Source: the human T2T-CHM13v2.0 reference genome, Homo sapiens. From it: a stretch of 64,000 nucleotides of DNA. The position numbers and the translations under genes were made by a program. The stretch's first letter is position 1. Each line of letters begins with the position of its first letter. The stretch lies in the NCBI RefSeq assembly GCF_009914755.1, contig NC_060929.1; one strand, 5' to 3'. The notes under the pieces are model-generated. The model did no database searches and was not told the origin of the DNA. It saw only the letters and a list, made by a program, of their open reading frames with translations. This document shows, piece by piece, positions 1-13,509 of the stretch.

Positions 1-545
1 ATCTATTTGATGAGATTTCTATTTCAATAACCCACCTCTCTCACCCCACATTCATATCCCTAAATTTGACCCTCTGGGCCGAGTCACATTACCTTCAGGA
101 GACTTGATCCCAGTAGACTGAGGTCTTCCCTTTCAGCAGAAAGATTTCATTTCCCTGGCTTGCCAGTGGCACTGATTTCCGAACACCCAATGAGTTTAAT
201 ATTCTTTCCTCCTTGGCATTACTGCCCCAGCCTCTTTTTATTTTTTTTGTGTGTGTCTAATAACCAGGAAAAAAATAAAGCTTAGGTTTTAAAAAGTTTT
301 AAAAATAATCTGTTTCAGAAACTGTCAAATGTACCATATTTGTATTAAGAGTTGTTGGGAATTTTTGTACAATGAATTTACATTTATTTATGGTGACATA
401 TTTACGCTTGTGATCAAATAATGATGTTAAATTCTTAAATCATATTTGCTATGCAGCTGAAGATGATATTTTGATTTGTATTTTGGGGGTACCTGTGTTG
501 AGTTGATAAACATTTCCATCTTCATTAAAACTGCTTCCAAACTAG
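1..545 (+). other. Putative terminal 3' UTR segment and polyadenylation site of an unidentified upstream gene
   Basis: Non-repetitive and AT-rich; AATAAA 274-279 and ATTAAA 524-529; several upstream TGTA motifs and an ATTTATTTA element; GT/T-rich tract at ~559-585 downstream of ATTAAA. Confidence 0.5.
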
Positions 546-1135
546 TAAAACCAGCAACTTGGTCTTGATTCCTGGTTCTATTCTAATCCTCATTGACCTG
601 TAGAAGGCCATATTAAAACTAATTACTAAGCAAACAACCTAAAACAGAATCAAAGAAAAATATAGGTTAATGCACAATAAACTAATGGCTTTGCTTGCTT
701 TCCCACGTGGGGGATTACATCTTTAACAAATTGAGCCTCACATTTCACATAGCACAAGCTTTCCTAAAGGTCATCCACTAAGATGAGTCCTAGGGCTGTT
801 TCCTCTTCTGTCAAGTTGGACAAGTTGATCTCTTCTAGCTCTGATATCCTGATTCTAGGTAATTTCCCACTGGTGCACTTTGAGGGGTCTACTTCACACA
901 CTCAAAGTCTTTCTCAACGTATGTCATCACCTCATAAAATTGCCATCACAAGGAGTCATATTTGAGCTAGTGTAGTGGGAGGGCTATTAGCTATTAGATG
1001 CTCAGTGAAAAAAGGGTTCCAAAGAAGATAAATTTGGGGAACACTTCATGATCTTTCCCTTCGAAGATCCATAAGACTCTGAGGAGTGCTGCAGAACCTT
1101 ATCAGTCTAGATCAACACCCTATCTCCTAGATGGT

Positions 1136-3398
1136 TTTATTAGTCTGTTTTCACACGGGGATAAAGACATACCCAAGACTGGGAAGAAAGAGGTTTAATT
1201 GGACTTACAGTTGGACATGGCCAGGGAGGCCTCAGAATCATGGCAGGAGGGGAAAGGCACTTCTTACATGGCAGTAGCAAGAGAAAAACGAGGAAAAGGC
1301 TAAAGCGGAAACCCCTAATAAACCCATCAGATCTCATGAGACTTATTCACTATCATGAGAACAACATGGGAAAGACGGGTCCCCATGATTCAATTACCTC
1401 CCCCTGGGTCCCTCCCACAACACGTGGGAATTCTGGGAGATACAAGTTGAGATTCGGGTGGGGACACAGACAAGCCATATCCTTCTGCCCCTGGCCCCTC
1501 CAAATCTCATGTCCTCACCTTTCAAAACAAATCATGCCTTCCCAACAGTCCCCCAAAGTCTTAACTAATTTCAGCATTAACCCAAAAGTCCATTGTCCAA
1601 AGTCACATCTGAAACAAGACAAGTCCCTTCTGCCTACGAGCCTGTAAAATGAAAAGCAAGCTAGTTACTTCCTAAATACAATGGGGGTACAGGTATTGGG
1701 TAGATACAGCCATTCCAAATGGGAGAAATTGGCCAAAACACAGGGGTTACAGGCCCCATGCAAGTCAAAATCCAGCAGAGTGGTCAAATTTTAAAAATCC
1801 AAATTGAGCTCCTTTGACTCCAGGTCTCACATCCAGGTCACACTGATGCAAGAGGTGGGATCCCTGGTCTTGGGCAACTCCACCCCTGTAGCTTTGCAGG
1901 GTACAGCCTCCCTCCTGGCTGCTTTCATGGGCTGATATTGAGTGTCTACAGCTTTTCCATGTGCACAGTACAAGCTGTTGGTGGATCTACCATTCTGGGG
2001 TCTGGAGGATGGTAGCTCTCTTCTCACAACTCCACTAGGCAGTGCCCCAGTAGGGACTCGGTGTGGCAGCTCCAACCCATTTCCCTTCCGCATTGCCCTA
2101 GCAGAAGCTCCTTGAGGGTCCCACTCCTGCAGCAAACTTTTGCCTAGGCATCCAAGAGTTTCCCATATGTCTTCTGAAATCTAGGTGGAAGTCACCAAAC
2201 CTCAGTTCTTGACTTCTGTGCTCCCTCAGGCTCAACACTATGTGGAAGCTGCCAAGGCTTAGGGCTTCCACCCTCTGAAGCCACAGCCGAGCTCTACATT
2301 GGCCCCTTTCAGCCATGGCTGGAGTGGCTGGGACACAGGGCATCAAGTCCCTAGGCTGCACACAGCACAGGGACCCTGTGTTCCAGCCCATGAAACCACT
2401 TTTTCCTTCTGGGCCTCTGAGCCTGTGATGGGAGGGGCTGCCGTGAAGGTCTCTGACATGGCCTGGAGACATTTTCCTCATGGTCTTGGGGATTAACATT
2501 AGGCTCCTTGCTACTTATGCAAATTGCTGCAGCTGGCTTCAATTTCTCCTCAAAAAATGGGTTTTTCTTTTCTACTGCTTTGTGAGGCTGCAAATTTTCT
2601 GAACTTTTATGCTTTTACCCTTTTAAAATGGAATGCTTTTAACCCCACCCAAGGTACCTTTTGAATGCTTTGCTGCTTAGAAATTTCTTCCACCAGATAC
2701 CCTAAATCGTCTCTCTCAAGTTGAAAGTTCCACAAATCTCTAGGGCAGGGGCAAAATGCCACCAGTCTCTTTGCTGAAACATAACAAGAGTCACCTTTGC
2801 TCCCAAGAAGTTTGTCATCTCCTTCTCAGACCACCTCAGCCTGGACCTTATTGCTCATATCACTATCAACATTTTTGTCCAAGCTATTCAAGTATCTAGG
2901 AGGTTCCAAACTTTCCCACATTATCCTGTCTTCTGAGTCCTCCAAACTGTTCCAACGTCTGCCTGTTACCCAGTTCCAAAGTCATTTCCACATTTTTGGG
3001 TATCTTTTCAGCAATGCCCCACTCCCACTACTAATTTACTGTATTAGTCAGTTTTCACACTGCTTGCTGATAAAGACATATCCGAGACTGAAAAGAAAAA
3101 GAGGTTTAATTGGACTTACAGTTCCACTTGGCTGGGGAGCCCTCAGAATCATGGCAGGAGGCAAAAGGCACTTCTTACATGGTGGCAGCAAGGGAAAAAT
3201 GAGGAAGAAGCAAAAGCAGAAACCCCTGATAAATGCATCAGATCTTCTGAGACTTATTCACTATCAAGAGAACAGCAGGGGAAAGACTGGCCCCCATAAT
3301 TCAATTACTTCCCACTGGGTCCCTCCCACAACATGGGGGAATTCTAGGAGATACAATTCAAGTTGAGATTTGGGTGGGGACACAGCCAAACCATATCA
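1136..3398 (-). mobile_element. Full-length THE1C-like MaLR element (LTR 1136-1482, internal region, LTR 3040-3398)
   Basis: Two homologous ~350 bp LTRs (T[G/T]TATTAGTC...CCATATC[A/C]) flank THE1-int sequence; 5-bp TSD ATGGT (1131-1135) / ATGGC (3399-3403). Confidence 0.9.
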
Positions 3399-3659
3399 AT
3401 GGCCATTACCTTGGAAACCCCTTTCTCTGCAAGGTTAATCATCCTCTCTTGGAACACACTTTGAAAAACATTTGCCTAAGGGTATGCAAATTCATGGTAA
3501 GATTTTTTTTTAATTCCCACAGGAGGAGGACCACTGACATGCAGGAAATTATGATATGAGGGCACAATTAGAGAAGCAAGGGCCTGACAAATTATTGAAA
3601 GATTTCAAATGGGAAGAGGAAGCATTTTGACAGTGGGATAGAATACCATAACTGGGGGT

Positions 3660-4360
3660 ACAAGTGTGCCAGGGCTGTCATAACAAATACTACAAACCAA
3701 GTGGTTTAAGCAACAGAAATTCTTTCTCTCACAGTTCTAGGAGCTGGACATCGATGATCAAGGTGTCAGCAGAGTTGGTTTCTTTCCCCAGGGTCTCTCT
3801 TCTTGGTTTGTGGGTGACTTATCTTTCTCCCTGTGTTTTCACATGGTCTTCAACTCATGTGTCTTAACCTTTTTTTGTGTTGTGTGTGTGTTTTTTGAGA
3901 CAGAGTCTCACTCTGTCGCCCAGGCTGGAGTGCAGCGGTGGGATCTTGGCTCACTACAACCTCCACCTTCTGCCTCCACCAGGCAGAGAAGCAATTCTCT
4001 GCCTCAGCCTCCCAAGTAGCTGGGATTACAGGTGCCCACCACCACACCCAGCTAATTTTTGTGTTTTTAGTAGAGACAGGGTTTCACCATCTTGGCTGGG
4101 CTGGTCTTGAACTCCTGACCTCGTGATCCACCCACCTTGGCCTCCCAAAGTGCTGGGATTACATGCATAAGCCACTGTGCCTGGCCACTTATTTTTTTAT
4201 AAGGAGACCAGTCATGTTGGATTACAGCCCACGCTAGTGACCTCATTTTAACTTAATGACTTCTTTAGAGACACTATTTGCAAATACAGCCACATTCTGA
4301 GCTACTGAGGGCTAGAACTTGGGCATGGGTTGGGGACATGGCACAATTTAGCCCAGAACA
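3660..4360 (-). mobile_element. MLT1A-like MaLR solo LTR interrupted by an Alu
   Basis: MLT1-type sequence (gggctgtcataacaaatac...ctcacagttctagg; ...cacaatttagcccagaaca) on both sides of the Alu. Confidence 0.7.
3871..4186 (-). mobile_element. Alu (AluS-like)
   Basis: Reverse-complement Alu dimer with a degenerate T/TG tail. Confidence 0.9.
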
Positions 4361-6675
4361 CTGGGGATGAATCTGGAGAAAGTGTGTCTCTGGGATCCTT
4401 GGACAGTTTGAAGGCTGGGATGCTATTCTTTGTGGAACACCCCTTGCACACTCACTATTTACAAGATTAGGGAAAAAAAGAGAAGTACAGGAATATGGTG
4501 GAGTAGAAAGGCCAAGGAATCCATCTCCACACCTATAAGACAATCACACTGGCAGAATGTGATGTAACTATTTTGGAACTCTGGATTTTATTCAAGGCTT
4601 GCAACTTCCAGGGGAAGGCTTGGACAGTAAACAACAGTTCATTTTGCTCAACTTCAGCTCTTGGTTCACCAGCCGCTACCCATTTGCCAACCTACCTCCC
4701 ATACCCCACCCCTGCCCCATGGCAGGAAGCTGTACATGTGTTCCTGCACAAGCCAGGGTGGGCAATAAGGACCCTGTCCTCCAAATATCAGGGATCTATG
4801 TTCTGATGGCTGATGGCTGATTGCTGCTTCTGATCATGGAGGTGTAAGCATCAAGCAGGCAGCCATTGTCACAAGCCACTCTCCACCCCAACTGAAGCAA
4901 CTTCCAAGGGATGTAAAAGGCCAGTGTCCTTTTTCTTCCCTGTATACGCCCACTTCATTTTTCTCTTTTTCCCTTTTTGGGAGCCAGACATTAAAGATGA
5001 GGACATTCAAAAACAACTACATAAAAGGAGGAAATTAGAAAGTTACCCTGTATGCACAGGAAAAGGCACAAGCTCAAAAAAGATCTGAGAAGACCTTAAG
5101 CTTACACCTCAGGCTGATCTTTAGCATGGAGGCAGCCTACAATGATTTAAAAAAATAAATAAAGACAAAAACAAACAGCAAGGCTTGGAGGAAAAGAAAG
5201 AACCCAATTTCCAGAAATACCATACTTTTAGCTTCCCATGTCCAGTTTTTAACAAAATCACAAGGCATACAAAGAAGCAGGGAAGTATAGCTGATTTAAA
5301 GGAAGAAAAAAATAGAAACTATCCATGAGAAACATTAGATGGTAGAACTACCAAAGACTTTAAAACATCTGTCTTAGATGCTGAAAGAACTAGAGAAAGA
5401 CATGGAGAAAGTCAAGAAATAACATATGAATAAGATGAAAATATCAATAAAAAGAGAAAACAAAAATTCTAGAGTTGAAACGTACAACAGAAATGAAAAA
5501 ATATTCTAGAAGACTTCAAAGTCAGATTTGAGCAGGCAGAAGAAAGAATTCTTGAACTTGAAGATAGGACAATTGAAATTAACAAGTTTGATGAACAGAA
5601 AAAAGATTGCAGGGACATTAACAGAGCCTAAGGGACCCATGGGACATCATTAAGTGAACCAATATACCCATTGTGGGAGTCTCAGAAGAGAGACAAAGGG
5701 CAGAGATATTTTTTGAAGATGTAATAGCCAAAAAATTCCCAACTTTGATGAAAGATATGGTTATAAATACCCAAGAAGCTCACTACAAGTAGGATGAATT
5801 TGAGGAGACCTATAAAGAAAGACATTCTAATCAAATCATTGAAAGACAAAGATGAAGAGAATCTTGAAAGCAGCAAGGGAGAAGTGACTCATCAAATACA
5901 AAGGATTCTCAGTAAGATTATGAGATTCTCAAACTACGGAGGCCAGAAGGGAGGAGGCTTATATTTCAAAGTGGTAAAAAGAAAAAAAAACAGCAAGATT
6001 TTTTCATTCTTTTTTTTAAAAGAAAAAAACAAGAAGGGCTTCAAGATTGCTGACTAGAGGCATCTAGTACTCTCCTCTTCCACAAAGAAGAACCAAACCA
6101 GCAGGTAGTTAATCACAATTGAATAGACTGTCTAAGAGAGAAGGCTAAAATTCAACACAGAAGTGATAAGAAACAAGGCAGAAGAAGGAAGCAAAGCAGC
6201 CTGCTGGGCTGGAATCAATTAGGAGCCTAGAGGTTCCCCAATGTCGTAAAAGGGGAAGTAAGGGTAAGTAAGAGACCCTGGGTGGTCCATATTCCCACTA
6301 CAGACTCCTGTAATCCTAGCCAAGGGAGAGCCTCACAACCCACGCACACCCTGAGACTAACATAGGGAGCTGCCTGGAGACCATGAAACGCCACTGCTCC
6401 AGAGACAGAGCTCACACTAGGCCCCCACACACACCTTGAGACATAAGCCACGATAACAAAGCATTATTTTGAGAGCCTAGCCCTCATTGGACTGCATTCT
6501 TGCCTGGAGCCCAATAGCTCCTATACCTCCATATCCCTGGAGCCCCATTGACATCCTTCTACAGGCAGCCAGGTACTACTATTGGCTGCTGCTGCCAGGG
6601 TCAAAATGCCAGCCATGGCTAGCAACCCTGCCACCCCCAGTAGCAGGGCCACCAGCCATTTAAAAGCAGACTGAA

Positions 6676-6975
6676 TCAGGGTGTGCTAACTTATACCTGC
6701 AATCCCAGTGCTTGAGCAGGGGGACCGAGGTGGGAGGATTACTTGAGGCCACAAGTTCAAGACTACCCTGGGCAACATAGCAAGATTCTGTCTTTAAAAA
6801 AATAAAGTTAGCTACTCATGGTGGTGTGTACCTGCTGTCCTAACTACTCAGGAGGCTGAGGCAGGAGAATCACTTGAGCCAGGAGCTCAAAGTTATAATG
6901 AGCTATGATCACACCACTGCACTATAGTCTGAGCAACAAAGCTAGGCCCTGTCTCTGAAAAACTAAAATAAAATA
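6676..6975 (+). mobile_element. Alu (AluJ-like, diverged)
   Basis: Diverged Alu dimer (ctgggcaacatagcaaga, gagctatgatcacaccactgcact) with A-rich tail. Confidence 0.85.
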
Positions 6976-9900
6976 AGAACATCCTGAGGAAAGGCTACCC
7001 TGTAAATAGCCACCACCTAAGGCCAAAGCATGAGCTCCTCAGGCACCGATTTATGGCTGCTGCCACTTAAACCAACCCCACACTCCCCAGGAGCAAGGCC
7101 ACAGTGCAGCTGCCACCTCCACCCAAGCATTCTTCTGGGGGCCTAGGGATCACCCTGCTCCTGCCTATCATAGCCAGCACCTGCACATACCACTGGGGGG
7201 CCTAAAGACATGCCTACCCAGCCTGGCTACATTCCCCCCTCAGTGCCCAAGCACACCATCCAGGGGCCTGGAAATCACCCTGCCCCATTCACCACCACTG
7301 GCATGTGAGTATTCCTTCCAGGGGGCTGAAAACAGGCTCACCCAACCTGCCACTACCACCACAACTAGCACCCACCCACATGCACCACCTACAAGTGTAT
7401 CATAGCCACCACCAACACTAGCATGGACCACTTGATAGCCAGAAAATTGTCCAACCACTGCTACTGCCAATTGCTCATGCTATGCCCACTGCCTAAGGGA
7501 CTTGAGAATCTACTCACGTGCCCTGCCCTCTGCTGCCACGGCTGACACCTGAGCCAGGCCAAAAGGAGACCTAAGAGTTGGCCCACTTGACCCACTAACA
7601 CTAGTGCCAGTGTACACCACCTTGGGGCCCAAGGACAAGTACATTTGGCCTACAGATGCCACTACTGGGGCCTGAGGACTGGTCCATGTGACATCCTGTC
7701 CCCAGCAAAACTTCACCATAGCTACTACTAATAACCATACCCTAAGCCACAGAGAAAATCAAAGATGCAACTGACACTGTTTACACCCAAAGAAATCATA
7801 TGGAGATTACATGGTAGCATGCACCCAGAATCAAAGCCAAAGTTTTCTACTCAACCAACACTGTAGATACATTTTCAGGAAAAAGTCCTCCCCTATGAAA
7901 GTAAATCCAAAAAAGTGGAAGAAGCAACTATTACACCAGTTGTGCTGATAATATAAGGACACAAGAAATATGAGAAAGAAAGGAAATAAGATACCTCCAA
8001 AGGAATACAATAACTTTCCAGCAACAGATTCCAATGAAAAAGAAACATAAGAAATACTAAAGAATTCAAAACGATGATATTAAAGTAGCTCAGTGAGATA
8101 CAAGATAACTTAAATACAATACCAAGAAATCAGAAAAAAAATCAAATTAGGATTTGAGTTTACCAAAGAGATGGATATTTAAAAAAATCCAAAACAAAAA
8201 TTCTGTAACACAAGAATTCATTGAATGAAATACAAAATATATTCTAAAGCTTCAACAGACTAGATAAAGCAGATGAAAGAATTTCAGAACTTGAAGACAG
8301 GTCTTTTGAAATAACCCAGTCAGATAAAAATAAAGAAAAAATTAGCAAAGCCTATGTGATATATGGGACAACATAAAGCAATCAAATATTCTAATATTCA
8401 GTGTACCAGAAGCCAAAGAGAAAACCAAAGCGATGAAAAACCTATTTTACAAAGTAATAGCTGAAAAACTTCAAGTCTAGCAAGAAATTTCGACATCCAG
8501 ATATTAGGAATCTCAGAAATCTCCAGTCAGATACAATTTAAAATAGTCTTCTCCACAGCACATTATAGTCAAACTGTCAAAAGTCAAAGAAGAGAATTAT
8601 AAAAACAGCAAAAGAAAATGATCTAGTTATTTATTAGGGAGCCCTCATCAGACTAACAGTGGATTTCTCAGCAGAATCCTCACAGGCCAAGAGAATGAAA
8701 TGATACATTCAAAGTGCTGAAAGAAAAAAACCTGCCAGTCAAGCATACTATATCCAGTAAATGTGTCTTTAAAAAATGAAGGAGAAAAGTCTTCCCAGAC
8801 AAGCTGAAGTTGAAGAAATTCATCACCACTAGATCAGTCCTATAAGAATTGCTTAAGTCAGTCCTACACCTGGAAGTGAAAGGACAATGCCTTCTACAAT
8901 TCTGAAGACACATGGAAGTATAAAGCCTACTGGTAGAGCAAACATACAAATAAGGAAAAGAAAAAACTCAAATGTTACCACTACAAAAAAAAAATCAAAC
9001 CACAATGACAAAAAGAGAGAAAGAAAGGAAGAATATATAGAACAACCAGAAATCAATTAATAAAATGACAGGAATAAACCCTCACATAATAGCCTTGAAT
9101 GTAAACAGATTGAACTTTTCACTTAAAAGACAGACTGTCTGAATGGATTATTTATTTAAATGACCCACTTGTATGCTGCCTACAAGAAACTCATCTCACT
9201 TGTAAAAGACACAGACTGAAAGTAAAGAGATGAAAAAAGACAAAACAATCAGGAGTAGCTATACTTAGATAAAACACATATTAGGTCAAAAACAGTGAAG
9301 AAGAGACAAAGAAGGTCATTATCTAATGATACAGTAATGATACAGGGATCAAGTAAGGACCAGGATCAAATAATTCTAAACATATATGCAACCCAACATG
9401 AGAGTACTCAAGATATACTATTAGATCTTAAGGAAGAAATAGACACCAACACAATAATAGTTGGGGACTTCAACACCCCACTCTCAGCTTTAGACAGATT
9501 ATTTAGAAAGAAAATTAAATAAATACTGGATTTAAACTGTACTTCAGACCAAATGGACCTAAGAGCCATTTAAGAACATTGCAACCAAGAACTACAGAAT
9601 CCATATTCTTCTGATTAGCACATAGAACGTTCTCCAGGATAGACCATTTGTTAGGATACAAAACAAGTCTCAACAATTTTTCTAAATCAAAATCTATTAA
9701 TTATCTTCTCAGATCACAGTGGAATAAAACTAGAAGTTGATCACAAGAGAAACTTTGGAAAACTATACAAATACATAGAAAGTAAACAATATGCTCCTGA
9801 ATAACCACCTAGGTCCAATAAGAAATTAAGGAGGAAATAAAAATACTGCTTAAAAGAAATGAATTGATATACAACATACCGAAACCTATGGGACACAGCA

Positions 9901-10374
9901 AAAGCAGTGCTAAGAAGGAAGTTTATAGCAATAAATGCTTATATCAGAAAAGCAGAAGGAATTAAAACAATCTAACAATGCACCTTGAGGAACTAGCAAA
10001 GCAAGAACCAAGCCCAAAATTAGTAGAAGGAAAGAAATAATAAAGATCAAAGTGGAACTAAGCAAAATATAAACTAAAGCTACAAAGGGTCAATGAAAAG
10101 ATAGTTTTTTTTAAGAAAATAAAAACTGATAAACCATTAACTAGACTAACCAAAAAAAAAAAAAAAAGAAGAAGAAGACTCAAAGTCACAAACAAAAAAA
10201 GAGTGGGGAGTGGCCAAGATGGCCAACTAGAAGCAGCTAATATGTGTGGCTTTCACAGAGAGGAATGGAAGGGGCAAGTAAATACAACACCTTCAACTGA
10301 AACAACCAAGTACTTGCATTGGGACTAATCAAGGAAACAACCTGACCCATGGAGAATAAAGACAAGCAAGACAG

Positions 10375-10629
10375 GGCCAGGTGCGGTGGCTCATGCCTGT
10401 AATCCCAGGACTTTAGAAGGCCAAGGTGGGCAGATCATGAGGTCAGGAGATGGAGACCATGCTGGCTAACACAGTGAAACCCCATCTCTACTAAAAATAC
10501 AAAAAAATTAGCCAGGCGTGGTGGCAGGTGCCTGTAGTCCCAGCTACTCGGGAAGCTGAGGTGGAGCTTGCAGTGAGCTGAGATTGTGCCACTGCCCTGC
10601 AGCCTGGGAGACAGAGCAAGACTCTGTCT

Positions 10630-10660
<31 letters not shown>
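10375..10660 (+). mobile_element. AluY-like element with an internal right-arm deletion
   Basis: AluY-type diagnostics (gaccatgctggctaacac, gagcttgcagtgagc); ~26 nt missing between two gagg repeats at ~10560; long A tail; TSD aagacagg. Confidence 0.9.
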
Positions 10661-10662
<2 letters not shown>

Positions 10663-11049
10663 CAGGACAACAGTCCAACAGGGAGCAACATGGAACTAGG
10701 GGAACCTCCCCAACCCAAGAAATCAGTGAGTGAATGAGTGACCCTGGGAAACCACGCTTCTCCCAAGGAACTTTGCAACCCTCAGGTCAGGAGATGTCCT
10801 TGTGAACCCACTCCACCAAGGCCTTCAGTCTGACAGACAGAGCTATGTGGAGCCTCAGCATTGCAGCCACTCAGGCATGTGTGGAAACTGAGGCTTCAGA
10901 TACTCAGGCTTTCCGGCAAAAGTAGCTGCAGCTCCAGCAAAGTGGGAGGTTAGACCCCCATACATAATCCTAGGAAAGAGGCAGAATCCAGGGGGCTGAG
11001 CAGCAATAGCCTGCAGGCCCACTTCCACAGCACCTCACAAGGTAAGACC

Positions 11050-12060
11050 CACTGGCTTGGAATTCCAGCCAGCCACCAGTAGTGGCATTGTACCTCCCTA
11101 AGAAGTAGCTCCTGGTGGGAGGGGCAGGCTGCCAAATTTGCAGTTTGGTTGCCTTAGCCATTCCAGCCTTCAGGCTTTGGAGTGTCCAAGCTGACCAGGG
11201 ATGAAAGGGATCCCCCAGCACAGCACAGCTGCTCTACCAAAACATGGCCTGACTGCTGCTTTAAGCAGGTAACTGATGCCAGACCTCCTCACTGGGCAGG
11301 ATCTCCTAGGTTGGGCCCTCCAACCAATGCCACCAGTGGTCTCCAGCTGACAGAGATTTGAATTTTGCTGGAGATGGTGCTGTCAGAGCAGGGGACAGTT
11401 CACCATCTTTGCTGTTTGAGTGACATAGCTGTTCCAGCCTTCAGACTTCAGAGAACCCAAGCCGACTGGGGATAGAAGGGCTCTCTCAGCACTGCACAGC
11501 TCTACCAAAACATGGCCAGACTGCTTTTTTAAGTGGATCCCTGATCCTGCTCCTCCTCATTGGGCAGGACCTCCCAACTGGGTCCTCCAGCCACCCCTCT
11601 TGGTGTTTCTCCAGTGAACAAAGATTTTTAATCTCTCTGGGATAGAGCTCCAGAGGGAGGGGTGAACCATTATCTTTGCTGTTTGAGCGACTTAGCCATT
11701 CCAGCCTTTGGACTTCAGAGGGTCTGAGGTGACTGGGGAGGGCACTGAAGCAGACCCCCAGCACAGCACAGCTGCTCTACCAAAATGTTGCCAGACTGCT
11801 TTTTTAAGTGGGTTCCTGATCATCCCCATTCCCCCTCATTGGGCAGGACTTCCCAACCTGTGTATCCAGCTACTTCCTGCAGGTGTCTTTGGGCCAGCAA
11901 CAGGCCCATACCTCCCTGAAACAAAGCTCCCAGGGGGAGAAACAGGCTGCCATCTTTGCTGTTTTTCAGCCTTACTGGTGATACCTCTCAGTACTAGAAA
12001 ATCCAAGGTGACTAGGGACTGGAGTGGACCCAAGCATACTGCAGCAGCCCTATGGAAAAG
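11050..12060 (+). repeat. Tandem ~270-bp monomers of the L1PB 5' UTR (about 4 copies)
   Basis: Recurrent agcac(a/t)gcacagct(g)ctctaccaaaa at ~11217, ~11488 and ~11760, and a recurrent atctttgctgttt motif. Confidence 0.7.
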
Positions 12061-13130
12061 TGGTCAGACTCTTCCAGGGGCAATTGAAAGCCTCTCTGTC
12101 ACTGCCTCTGCAGTGGAACTGCCCTTGCCACCATCAGACTAATGAAGGAGCAAAGACCTTAAGTGCCTCATCCACACCTCCAACAAGCTGCAGTCAATCC
12201 AAGGAGGGGAGTCCATCCATATCCCATTGATCCAATCCCACCCCCTCTACCCCTCACTGCTTGTCACCAGACAGGGAACCCATGGCTTAGGCCTGTAGCA
12301 CAAACTCTCCATCCTGGGCTGATTGCACTGAGCCATTGCTGACCTTCATTTCTCTGGGGTAGAGCCCTCAGGAGACAAGCAAATGACCCTTGACCACAAC
12401 CACTACTAAAATCCCTTCCTCTGCTGCCTCCAAGTTGGGGAAGAGAAACAAACACTGAGATCACCCCAGAGCTGCAGTGGGCAGCCCAGGAGTGCCAAGT
12501 TGTCCTTTACAGTCAGTGCTCAAGGGGGAAAGGAACCCACACTTTCAGAACATTGAGAGGGAACACAGCTGCAACTGTGAGGAAATACAACTGAGCAAGA
12601 GTCTACCAACTGAGCAATAAGCCTAAGTGCCGCCTGCTGGATTACACCTCAAAGCTTCAACACCAAAGATACCTCACTAACATACCCCCTCTGAAACCAG
12701 AGACAAGAAGTCAGTTTCAAATAAAGACCCTGCACAAAGCTTTGGCCTGGTGAAAACATCCAGAAAAGAAGCCTATTTACTGCAGTCAGTCTACACTGCA
12801 GTTAAAAGAACACCCACACAAAGAGCTGAGAAAGAACCAACAGAAGAACCCCGGTTACTCAAATGGCCAGAGTGTCATATGTCCTCCAAATGACTGCATC
12901 CATTCTCCAACAAGAGTTTTTAACCAGGCCAAACTGGTTGGAATGACAGAAATAGAGTTCAGAAATAGATAGGAACAAAAATCATGAAGATTCAGGTGGA
13001 CAGAAAAACCCAATTCAAGGAAAATAAGAATCACAATAAAGCAATACAGAAGTTGAAGGATGAAATAGCTAGTATAAAAAAGAACCTAATGGGTCTGACA
13101 GAGCTGCATAACATAATACAAGAATTTCAC

Positions 13131-13509
<379 letters not shown>

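Noticed and set aside
1-545. Naming the upstream gene
   Set aside because: No coding sequence is in the window and I cannot identify the UTR reliably without a database search
1140-3559. ORFs of 60-189 aa with a duplicated MAGGxRHFLHG motif
   Set aside because: Chance readings of the two THE1C LTRs and the degenerate internal region
11050-12060. Novel ~270-bp tandem array
   Set aside because: Consistent with the native monomer structure of L1PB 5' UTRs
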